DNA of 32,921 nt from a virus (lineage: Duplodnaviria; Caudoviricetes), in the IMG/VR virus record IMGVR_UViG_3300027971_000143, positions 1 through 32,921 of that record; one strand, 5' to 3'. Positions 26,006 through 32,921 of this stretch are shown in pieces. The position numbers and the translations under genes were made by a program. The notes under the pieces are model-generated. The model saw only the letters and a program-made list of their open reading frames with translations. It did not search any database and was not told the DNA's origin. How positions within the stretch are numbered: position 1 is the stretch's first letter; every line of letters starts with the position of its first letter.

Positions 26006-26388
26006 TCAGCACGATCGCGGCCGGCATATTTCCAAACACCCCGGCAAACCCGGTGGTACTCGAGCAAAGGACAGCGATGCAACACATCGATCCGAAACAG
26101 CTCGCTCAAGAATTGCTGCAGCCACAGCAATACAAATGCTTCGCGCAGTTAATAGGCAAGGAGAGCGCGTGGCAATCCGTCAATAACCCACAAAGCTCTG
26201 CAAAGGGCGTGGGTCAGCTCCTTGCCGGCACTTACCGCAATCTAGGGATGCGACACCCGGAATCCAAAGTAAGCCAGACGATCGCAGCACTAGCCTATAT
26301 CGGACGACGATACGGATCCGGTGGCCCCTGCGCCGCCTGGACACATTGGAAACAGCAGAAAATAAAGACCGGCTACGGCTGGTATTAG
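26002..26388 (+). CDS. Lytic transglycosylase-like (lysozyme-fold) protein
   Basis: C...LI.KES.W, NP.SSA.G.GQLL, YI.RRYG...PC.AW.HW...GWY; true start may lie upstream. Confidence 0.8.
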   Translation: MISTIAAGIFPNTPANPVVLEQRTAMQHIDPKQLAQELLQPQQYKCFAQLIGKESAWQSVNNPQSSAKGVGQLLAGTYRNLGMRHPESKVSQTIAALAYIGRRYGSGGPCAAWTHWKQQKIKTGYGWY

Positions 26389-26396
26389 GGGGAAGC

Positions 26397-26711
26397 ATGA
26401 CAATCGAAATCGAACACAAAGTCGTGGACTTTGACGACGCGGTCGGCCAATGGCTGCGTCAATATAGAGAAGCACAGGACGAAGTAAAGAAATGGCAGGA
26501 AGTAGCTGACATCGCACGATCGCATCTTGAATCAGCGATGGGCGAAGCCGAAACAGCGATGTACCAAAATCGGCCTGTAGTCAGATGGACATACGTCGAG
26601 AGCAAACGATTCGACACAAAGAGAGCACGCGAGATCTTGCCACCGCAAGTGATCGAAGTTCTCGAAACCATTTCGACCAGCAGACGATTCACGATCGTAG
26701 AGCAGGACTAA
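26397..26711 (+). CDS. Hypothetical coiled-coil protein of the recombination module
   Basis: Start MTIEIEHK at 26397 behind GGGGGAAG; MG.AE.A...VVRW....S.RFD.K...SRRF resembles tails of phage recombination proteins. Confidence 0.7.
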   Translation: MTIEIEHKVVDFDDAVGQWLRQYREAQDEVKKWQEVADIARSHLESAMGEAETAMYQNRPVVRWTYVESKRFDTKRAREILPPQVIEVLETISTSRRFTIVEQD

Positions 26712-26800
26712 TGAGCCTGCCCACGATCATCCCAAACCCAGGCATCACAGAGCCGCCCATCTTTACGCCCTACGAAGACGACGAAGAGGACGACGACTAG
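26711..26800 (+). CDS. Acidic micro-protein (29 aa)
   Basis: MSLPTIIPNPGITEPPIFTPYEDDEEDDD; TAATG start overlap; stop abuts the next ATG. Confidence 0.6.
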   Translation: MSLPTIIPNPGITEPPIFTPYEDDEEDDD

Positions 26801-27538
26801 ATGTTCGTATCACCGCACCCACCAGGCAAGGCACTCGGCGATGAATTGGCAGCAATCATCACGAAGGCCGGCACATGGACACCGAGATCCAAACAGATCT
26901 ACATCGGCCCATCAGAGATCGGACATTCATGCACCAGACGGATCGCGTACAAGCTCCTCGATTGGGATAAACCAAACGAAATGCCAGGCGGCGGCAACTG
27001 GGCAGCTCAAGTCGGAACCGCGATCCATGCGCACCTGGCCGATATCTTCGGCAAACTTGAAGACTTCGAAGTCGAACAGAAGGTCACGATCCGGGCGAAC
27101 TTAACCGGAACCGTCGACCTCTTCGATAAGCGGCGCGGCATTGTTATGGATTGGAAGACGACCGGCAGCACAGGACTCGAGAAGCGACGCAAAGAAGGCG
27201 CCACAGATCAGCAGCTCGTTCAAGTGCAACTTTACGGATATGGCAAAGCACAGGAAGGCGCAGAAGTTAAACAAGTCGCCCTGATTTATTTGCCTACCGG
27301 CGGAAGTTTAGATGACATGCATGTAGAGCTTCACGATTATGACGAGTCCGTTGCGATTGCAGCACTCGCCAGACTCGACACCGTCTACGGACTGCTCGCA
27401 ACCGTTGACGTCGAAAGCAGCCCGGATCTATGGCCACTGATACCAGCAGCACCTGATCGACTTTGCAATTACTGCCCATACTTCCAACCATTCAGCACAG
27501 ATTTATCAAAGGCATGCAATGGGGATACCAATCCATGA
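26801..27538 (+). CDS. PD-(D/E)XK exonuclease, Cas4/RecB-like
   Basis: GPSEIG.SC.R, GTAIH, TGTVD, DWKT, QVQLYG, C-terminal CNYCP...C. Confidence 0.88.
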   Translation: MFVSPHPPGKALGDELAAIITKAGTWTPRSKQIYIGPSEIGHSCTRRIAYKLLDWDKPNEMPGGGNWAAQVGTAIHAHLADIFGKLEDFEVEQKVTIRANLTGTVDLFDKRRGIVMDWKTTGSTGLEKRRKEGATDQQLVQVQLYGYGKAQEGAEVKQVALIYLPTGGSLDDMHVELHDYDESVAIAALARLDTVYGLLATVDVESSPDLWPLIPAAPDRLCNYCPYFQPFSTDLSKACNGDTNP

Positions 27539-27648
27539 TCGAGAAAACAATCTCGGACATTGCAAAGGAAATCGCGGAAAGCAATCCGCCTACAGAGTTG
27601 GAAAACCAACAACCAAGCAATACCAAGACAAAGGGGGAAGGCGAATGA
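27535..27648 (+). CDS. Small hypothetical protein (37 aa)
   Basis: MIEKTISDIAKEIAESNPP...; ATGA overlaps at both ends. Confidence 0.45.
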   Translation: MIEKTISDIAKEIAESNPPTELENQQPSNTKTKGEGE

Positions 27649-28112
27649 CATTCGCTGAACTATCAACAGGCGGCGACCAGCCAAAGGTCGCAGATCTAGC
27701 AAACCAATTGCTGATCATTGAACCAACCGAATACAAAGCCAGCATCAACACAGTGCATGGCGAAACTGACGCAATCGAAGTCAATGTGACAAACCTCGAC
27801 ACCGGGGAAATTCACGATGGACTTCTCTTCTTCAACGTTGCACTCAAAAACGCGCTGAAGAACAAAGTCGGTCAGAAGGTTCTAGCACGCATCGGGCAGG
27901 GAACAGCAAAGCCAGGAAAGTCAGCGCCCTGGATCCTGATCGACGCAACCAGCAACCCGGCTGATTTGGCAAAGGCCAATGCATTCGTGGCTGGAGCCAT
28001 CGCGAAGCCTGCGGCGACGCCGGCTGCCGAACCGAAGCAGACAGTCACAGCTGATGCATTAAGTCCAGAAGTTCTGGCGCTCCTAAATCAACTAGGGGCA
28101 AAGAAAGTCTAA
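27645..28112 (+). CDS. Putative single-stranded DNA-binding/recombination protein
   Basis: Start MTFAELST at 27645 behind GGGGGAAG; beta-rich core, G.AKPGKSAPW.L, low-complexity linker; follows the exonuclease. Confidence 0.55.
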   Translation: MTFAELSTGGDQPKVADLANQLLIIEPTEYKASINTVHGETDAIEVNVTNLDTGEIHDGLLFFNVALKNALKNKVGQKVLARIGQGTAKPGKSAPWILIDATSNPADLAKANAFVAGAIAKPAATPAAEPKQTVTADALSPEVLALLNQLGAKKV

Positions 28113-28121
28113 GATACGAAA

Positions 28122-28148
28122 TTCCCAGTCACACCTTCCGACTGGGAA
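28122..28148 (+). promoter_or_regulatory. 9-bp hairpin immediately 5' of the tRNA-like element
   Basis: TTCCCAGTC-ACACCTTCC-GACTGGGAA perfect stem. Confidence 0.6.
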
Positions 28149-28203
28149 GCGAGCGCATGGTTGCCGTAGGGGAAGCGGATCGGTTCGATTCCGATCGCTC
28201 GCA
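28149..28203 (+). ncRNA. Compact tRNA-like element lacking a D stem
   Basis: Acceptor-like GCGAGCG/CGCTCGC plus A; T arm ATCGG-TTCGATT-CCGAT; 4-bp stem with a 7-nt loop; 8-nt linker with GG in place of the D arm. Confidence 0.65.
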
Positions 28204-28204
28204 C

Positions 28205-28405
28205 ATGAGTAAAGAAGCAGGAGCAGAGATCGCTGCGTGGCTGTGGCGTCGTTATGAGTTCGGCTTACCAGATACACCGGGAAGGATTGCGAAGGGCATC
28301 ATCGAACATTTGCAAGCGCAAGGATTCGTGATTATTGATCACCAGGATCCGGCAGGAGCAAAGGAAGCAGAATCAACTAGGGGGGTAACAAATGGCAACA
28401 TCTGA
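28205..28405 (+). CDS. Hypothetical protein
   Basis: MSKEAGAEIAAWLWRRYEFG...; ATG 2 nt after the tRNA-like element; no adjacent RBS. Confidence 0.6.
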   Translation: MSKEAGAEIAAWLWRRYEFGLPDTPGRIAKGIIEHLQAQGFVIIDHQDPAGAKEAESTRGVTNGNI

Positions 28406-28580
28406 AGAACATTCCAAGACAACAATTCTCCAGGCTTTAATCAATGAGATACAAATATGGCGTGATAGAAATTATGAACTCACCGACGGAACGCAAGAAT
28501 ATAAAGATGGATTCATCAAGGGCCTCACTCTTTCCCAGACATTCATCCGCGCAATGCTTCTCAAGATTGAAGAAGAATGA
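28392..28580 (+). CDS. Hypothetical protein
   Basis: 62 aa; GGGGGG RBS; EYKDGFIKGL motif; ATGA overlap with the primase. Confidence 0.7.
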   Translation: MATSEEHSKTTILQALINEIQIWRDRNYELTDGTQEYKDGFIKGLTLSQTFIRAMLLKIEEE

Positions 28581-30643
28581 GCGATCAGATACTGACCACA
28601 GCTCTGCGCTTTGCAGCAGCAGGCATCTGCGCCGTTCCAGTAGCAGCAGACGGATCCAAACGCCCCGGATTGTCAGCATGGACGGCCTACCAGAAGCGCC
28701 TACCGACACCCGAAGAATTAATGGGCTGGTTTGGAAAGAAGCAAGACGGCGTCGGCATTATTTGCGGATCCGTAAGTGGAAATCTTGAAATGCTCGAGCT
28801 TGAAGGCAGAGCAGTAGCAAAGAAGCTTCACATCGAGCTTCGGCAGATATTCGAAAGCAGCGAGCATGGCCATCTCTGGACAAAGCTCGTCAACGGATAC
28901 ATGGAGACGACGCCATCGGGCGGCATCCACTGGTTATACAGAATCAGCGATGCCAAAGTGCCAGGCAACACGAAGATCGCGCAGGCAGCCGGCGAAGACG
29001 GCGGATGCTTGGCCGAAACACGCGGCGAAGGCGGATTCGTGATCACAGCGCCATCGGGCGGCAAGTGCCACCCTTCCGGCAACGCGTGGCAGATCAGCGC
29101 AGGATCCATCGAGAGCATTCCAAGCTTCACAATCGCAGAGCGCGAGATCATCCACCAGTACTTCGCCCTTTACGACGAAGTGCCGAAGGCAGAATGGATT
29201 GAAGAAGAGACAAAGCCACGCAAAGACGGCGTCGAGACGCCAGGGGATGCTTATAACGAAACGGTAACGTGGGAAAGCATTCTCGAACCACTCGGATGGA
29301 CGAAGGTTTATAGCAAAGGCGAAGCCACAGCCTGGCGACGTCCCGGCAAGTCCGAAGGCATATCGGCGACGACGAACTTCAACGGCAACGGCAAACTCTT
29401 CGTTTTCAGCACCTCGACAATATTCGATGCGCAGAGCAGCTACTCAAAATTCGCCGCCTACACCCAGATAGAACATCGCGGCGACTTCAGAGCAGCAGCC
29501 TCACATTTGCGATCACAGGGCTTCGGAGCCGTCACAGAGCTGCGAACAGACTGGCAGCAGATAGAAGCCCACAATCCGAGCCATGTGCAGTTACACGACG
29601 AGAACGAAGAGATCGCAACCAGCTCGTGGATCCCACAGGACATCACCGACATGCAGCTCGAAGACGAACCAGGGCCGTCCATCCTCAAACGCGAAGATGG
29701 CAACTTTATCCTTTATGCAAACAAGATAAACGCAATCTTCGGTGAGAGTGAAAGCGGCAAGACTTGGATCGCAATCGAAGCCGTACGCCAGGAATTAGAG
29801 AAAGGCCACTGCGTCTTTTATTTAGACTTTGAAGATAGCGCTCGCGGAATTAGAGGACGCCTGAAAACGATGGGCGTCGAATCCAAACGCATGCATCACT
29901 TCAGATATGCAAACCCGGATGAAGGACTCACTAGGGGCATCGTCGAAGTTATTCAAAGCGAGATACAGATCCACAAACCATCCCTGATCGTAATCGACGG
30001 CGTCAACGCAGCGATGAACCTCCTCGGCCTCGACTTGGAGAAGAACAAGGATGCGACGACATTCTCACAGCTCATCCTTCGACCACTTCGAATGGAGAAC
30101 GCGGCCATCTTGACCATCGACCACGTCACGAAGAGCAAAGACACCCGGGGCAATTACGCCATCGGAGCACAGGCAAAGAGAGCTGACATCGACGGCGTCG
30201 CGATCGCAGTCGACGTGGCGATGCCATTCGGCCGGGGCTTGGACGGCTGCCTGAATCTGAAAGTAACCAAAGACCGGCCAGGATTCGTCCGCGCCATCTG
30301 CCAGGACGCCAAAGACCTCGGCGTCGCCAATTTGAAGAGCAACAAGGACGGCACGATCACTGTGACCATTAGCGGCGGCACGATCGTGGTGACGACGAAG
30401 GAGCAGAAGCTTCAGGAAATCTCTAACTTCTTTGAACGCATGGGAAATGAGATGGGCCAGAACGACATCCGCAAATGCCTGCGACAAGAAGGAATCGAGA
30501 TCGGAAACCAAGAATTAGGTCAGGCCCTGGAGCAACTCATGGCCGGCGGCTTCATCGAATTCAGGAAACTGGGGCAGAAATATCTCTACAAATTCAAGAA
30601 CCAATTCATGATCGGTGACGTCAATGCATGGGAAGCGGAGTAA
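28577..30643 (+). CDS. Bifunctional primase-polymerase fused to RecA-type (AAA_25-like) helicase
   Basis: Prim-Pol GSKRP..W..YQ, GIICG.VSG, TPSGG.H, ETRGEGGFV..APS; Walker A GESESGKT, YLDFED, Walker B LIVIDG, IDH..K. Confidence 0.92.
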   Translation: MSDQILTTALRFAAAGICAVPVAADGSKRPGLSAWTAYQKRLPTPEELMGWFGKKQDGVGIICGSVSGNLEMLELEGRAVAKKLHIELRQIFESSEHGHLWTKLVNGYMETTPSGGIHWLYRISDAKVPGNTKIAQAAGEDGGCLAETRGEGGFVITAPSGGKCHPSGNAWQISAGSIESIPSFTIAEREIIHQYFALYDEVPKAEWIEEETKPRKDGVETPGDAYNETVTWESILEPLGWTKVYSKGEATAWRRPGKSEGISATTNFNGNGKLFVFSTSTIFDAQSSYSKFAAYTQIEHRGDFRAAASHLRSQGFGAVTELRTDWQQIEAHNPSHVQLHDENEEIATSSWIPQDITDMQLEDEPGPSILKREDGNFILYANKINAIFGESESGKTWIAIEAVRQELEKGHCVFYLDFEDSARGIRGRLKTMGVESKRMHHFRYANPDEGLTRGIVEVIQSEIQIHKPSLIVIDGVNAAMNLLGLDLEKNKDATTFSQLILRPLRMENAAILTIDHVTKSKDTRGNYAIGAQAKRADIDGVAIAVDVAMPFGRGLDGCLNLKVTKDRPGFVRAICQDAKDLGVANLKSNKDGTITVTISGGTIVVTTKEQKLQEISNFFERMGNEMGQNDIRKCLRQEGIEIGNQELGQALEQLMAGGFIEFRKLGQKYLYKFKNQFMIGDVNAWEAE

Positions 30644-30649
30644 ACAGCC

Positions 30650-30776
30650 TGTGGATAACTTAACTGTTCCGCCGTTCCGCACCGTTCCGCACCGTTCCGC
30701 AGAACAGCAGGGCAAGAGCGACCAAACTGTTCCGCCGTTCCCCCCCTATAAGGGGGAACGCGGAACAGTGGAACAG
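30650..30776. repeat. Probable replication origin: DnaA-box match, iterons and long hairpin
   Basis: TGTGGATAA at 30650-30658; CCGTTCCGCA x3 at 30672-30701; inverted repeat ACTGTTCCGC(C)GTTCCCCC...TATAA...GGGGGAACGCGGAACAGT at 30726-30769; directly after the primase-helicase. Confidence 0.7.
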
Positions 30777-30796
30777 CAGCATGAGGAACAGAATAA

Positions 30797-31171
30797 ATGA
30801 AAGATTCAAACTTTGAAGCCTTGTATTGCGTAGCCTGTGGAAAACTTATCTGGGAAGGGATGACCGTCGGATTTCAGATCAGACTCGACCCCGGGATTCT
30901 TACCATTCAAGAAGAGATCATCAAACGGATCACAGGAAGCCGAACCTTTGAACTACACAGGACAGCCGTATCATTTGAAGCAGATCTGCGATCGCTGAAC
31001 GCCATCCAAAGAAGCAAGGGAAAGAACCCACTTATTCTTGCCAGTCACAGCTGCAGCAGGACAAGAGAGATATTTAGATTCGAAGGACAAGAACCGGGCG
31101 AAGATGAGATCCCCGATTATTGGAACAGAAGGAAGAAGCCACAGCTCCAAACCGAAGGGATACCGTTCTGA
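30797..31171 (+). CDS. Hypothetical protein, possibly zinc-binding
   Basis: CVACG near the N-terminus, H.C near the C-terminus, ends in IPF. Confidence 0.7.
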   Translation: MKDSNFEALYCVACGKLIWEGMTVGFQIRLDPGILTIQEEIIKRITGSRTFELHRTAVSFEADLRSLNAIQRSKGKNPLILASHSCSRTREIFRFEGQEPGEDEIPDYWNRRKKPQLQTEGIPF

Positions 31172-31908
31172 TGGATTGCACAATCTGCAGCAAGAAAACA
31201 GAGCGACCAGGGGCCTGCAACAAATGCGGATCCAAAGTCCGCAATCAGATAGCAGAGCTTCCACAGCTCCACAAAGAAGCCGGCCAATTCTTGCACCCAT
31301 CCAGGACAGGATCCGGAACAGCCAGCACCGAGCGCAGCATTGGAATCAACGTGGCGGCTTTGGACTTTACGATGGCAACCGAACTGCTGCGAACCCTTCA
31401 CGCCTGGGAATCCACGATCCGCTTCGATCGCAAACTTACGCCGCCAGCCATGATCATGAAAGAACCGACAACAGAGAGCGAAGTCCTGGCGAGCGCAACC
31501 TTCCACTTGACCCACCTCGACTGGTCACTTGCACAGACATGGGCGGCAAACTTCGCCCACGAAATCCACATGATCCATGCCAAAGGAAGAGCAGCTGCAA
31601 AGCGCTTCTCAGAACAGCCCCGGCGGATTCCATGCCCCACAGATGACTGCAAGAAGTACGTGGTCATCGACGCCGATAACTTAACGGCCGAAGTAGCCTG
31701 CTTCGGATGCAAGCAGCAATGGACGGTGCTGCGGTTGATAGCATTGGCAATGAGTAACCCGAGCAAAACCTTCTACCTAGATGTTGAAGCCATTGCCATG
31801 TGGCTAGGAATTACAGAGCGCGAAGTTTATAGAACAATAAAGAAGAACGACATCCAAAGAAAAGGAAGTCTTTATGACATCGCAGCAATCATCCAGGCAC
31901 GATCATGA
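31171..31908 (+). CDS. Zinc-finger plus HTH protein, possible late transcription regulator
   Basis: Start MDCTIC at 31171 (TGATG); four Cys pairs; C-terminal VEAIAMWLGITEREVYR HTH; last gene before an intergenic gap. Confidence 0.65.
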   Translation: MDCTICSKKTERPGACNKCGSKVRNQIAELPQLHKEAGQFLHPSRTGSGTASTERSIGINVAALDFTMATELLRTLHAWESTIRFDRKLTPPAMIMKEPTTESEVLASATFHLTHLDWSLAQTWAANFAHEIHMIHAKGRAAAKRFSEQPRRIPCPTDDCKKYVVIDADNLTAEVACFGCKQQWTVLRLIALAMSNPSKTFYLDVEAIAMWLGITEREVYRTIKKNDIQRKGSLYDIAAIIQARS

Positions 31909-31926
31909 ATGACGATTTTACAAAAC

Positions 31927-31948
31927 TGTCAACACAATCTGATACGCT
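31927..31948 (+). promoter_or_regulatory. Candidate late promoter (extended -10)
   Basis: TG-A-TACGCT at 31940-31948, preceded by TGTCAACACA; no good -35. Confidence 0.3.
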
Positions 31949-31993
31949 TGCGCTAGCAGATGTAACCATCCCCGAAAGACAAAGGGGAATCGA

Positions 31994-32194
31994 ATGCTAA
32001 ACATAACGATAAGCATCGGCGATGTTCACACAGATATGACGACTGACAATAACTTATCATTCGACGCGATCGAGTCATTACTTACCCGAGCAGTTTCAGC
32101 AACGCTTCAATCATATTTATCGCTGCCGGAGAAGGACAGGCTCTCACTCTACGGATCGGAATTTGAAGACGACCATGACGGAGATGACGACTGA
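31994..32194 (+). CDS. Small acidic hypothetical protein
   Basis: 66 aa; GGGGAA RBS; SFDAIESLL.RA; acidic tail. Confidence 0.7.
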   Translation: MLNITISIGDVHTDMTTDNNLSFDAIESLLTRAVSATLQSYLSLPEKDRLSLYGSEFEDDHDGDDD

Positions 32195-32555
32195 AAGAAC
32201 GTGCGTGCGATGCAAGGAAACCAAAACACTAGACCTATTCTGCAAAGATAGAAGAAGAGCAGATGGACTTCGTGAGTTGTGTCGCCATTGCAGGAGCAGG
32301 GATCGTAGGATTATTCATAAGGCGAATAAGAATCGCCAGGCGATACTCGAAGAACAAAACAATGCGTGCGCTATCTGTTGCGTCGATGTTGAAGAAAGCG
32401 CAACGAAATTCGTAATGGATCACAATCACGAAACAAATCAAGTGCGTGGAATCCTTTGCAGCAATTGCAACGTTGGACTCGGATACTTCAAAGACCAACC
32501 AGGCAGGCTAGGCCAGGCAATCAAGTACCTCATGGATTACGATGGCCCTACCTAG
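32184..32555 (+). CDS. Endonuclease VII-family nuclease
   Basis: N-terminal CVRC...CRHC; Q...CAIC, DHNHET..VRGILCSNCN.GLG.FKD; start uncertain (32175 or 32184). Confidence 0.88.
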   Translation: MTTERTCVRCKETKTLDLFCKDRRRADGLRELCRHCRSRDRRIIHKANKNRQAILEEQNNACAICCVDVEESATKFVMDHNHETNQVRGILCSNCNVGLGYFKDQPGRLGQAIKYLMDYDGPT

Positions 32556-32850
32556 ACCATGCAAAGACTGCGGAATCATTGCACGCGCAGCTCGATGCAA
32601 CGACTGCGATCGCATTCACCGAAAGATTAAAGAAGCATCGCGGCCCACACGTGCGCAGCGCGGATACGACTACCAGTGGCGACAGATCAGCAAAGCGCTT
32701 CGAGAAGAGCAACCCTGGTGCAGCGAATGCGGCAGGACAAACGACCTCACCGTCGATCACATAAAGCCCCTGGCAGATGGCGGCATGACGATCAGATCCA
32801 ACCTTCAAGTTCTCTGCAGAAAATGCAATTCCAGTAAATCGAATAGATAA
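32542..32850 (+). CDS. HNH endonuclease, probable terminase cofactor (HK97 gp74-like)
   Basis: RPC..CG, RGYDYQW, PWCSECG, TVDHIKP...GG....NLQVLCRKCNSSK; precedes the packaging genes if the genome is circularised. Confidence 0.9.
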   Translation: MALPRPCKDCGIIARAARCNDCDRIHRKIKEASRPTRAQRGYDYQWRQISKALREEQPWCSECGRTNDLTVDHIKPLADGGMTIRSNLQVLCRKCNSSKSNR

Positions 32851-32921
32851 ACACACACAGACCCCCCACCCGGCATATCCCGGTACGGCCCTAAACTTCA
32901 GGACGCAAGGGGGGAGTTCAC
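32851..32921. other. Probable packaging (cos-type) region, continuing into positions 1-68
   Basis: Non-coding, C-run/G-run rich, between the HNH and the methyltransferase/terminase genes; CAGGACGC at 32899-32906 and 2-9; TTCAGG repeats. Confidence 0.5.

Noticed and set aside
26801-27538. CRISPR-Cas system suggested by the Cas4-like nuclease
   Set aside because: No array or other cas genes; stand-alone Cas4/RecB-like exonucleases are ordinary in phage recombination modules
28149-28203. A functional decoding tRNA (Pro, GGG)
   Set aside because: No D stem, only a 4-bp anticodon-like stem, purines at the 32/33 positions and no CCA; kept only as a tRNA-like element
30664-30770. CRISPR-like or coding repeat (ORF 30615-30800)
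   Set aside because: Repeats are 10-nt tandem units without spacers; the ORF is a low-complexity read-through of the repeats; an origin explains it better
1-32921. Alternative genetic code or intron/intein-split genes
   Set aside because: Core genes are full length and tile tightly under the standard bacterial code; TAA, TAG and TGA all act as stops; no intein or intron signatures noticed

Overview
The window looks like a complete or near-complete ~33 kb tailed dsDNA phage genome (siphovirus layout, HK97-type head). The probable host is an Actinobacterium, inferred from a WhiB-family gene and actinophage-type lysis genes. On the + strand the order is: ParB-fused DNA methyltransferase, terminase small and large subunits, portal, multidomain prohead protease, major capsid, a glycosyltransferase, connector and tail genes (two tandem major-tail paralogs, a -1 frameshifted chaperone, tape measure, hub, fibre, three AT-rich paralogs), CHAP endolysin and holins, then a glycosyltransferase/epimerase block. 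A short leftward operon of small genes follows, including a ribbon-helix-helix protein. The rightward replication/recombination block holds a resolvase, WhiB, transglycosylase, PD-(D/E)XK exonuclease, SSB-like protein and primase-helicase with an origin-like repeat region. Endonuclease VII and an HNH nuclease sit next to the probable packaging site that spans the window ends. I recognised no integrase or stand-alone family A/B DNA polymerase. The most unusual signals are a compact D-armless tRNA-like element (28149-28203) abutting a start codon, a split glycosylation gene set with one member directly behind the capsid gene, duplicated tail-tube genes and a compositionally foreign three-paralog tail-tip cassette. 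All calls come from motif recognition by eye; no searches were run.
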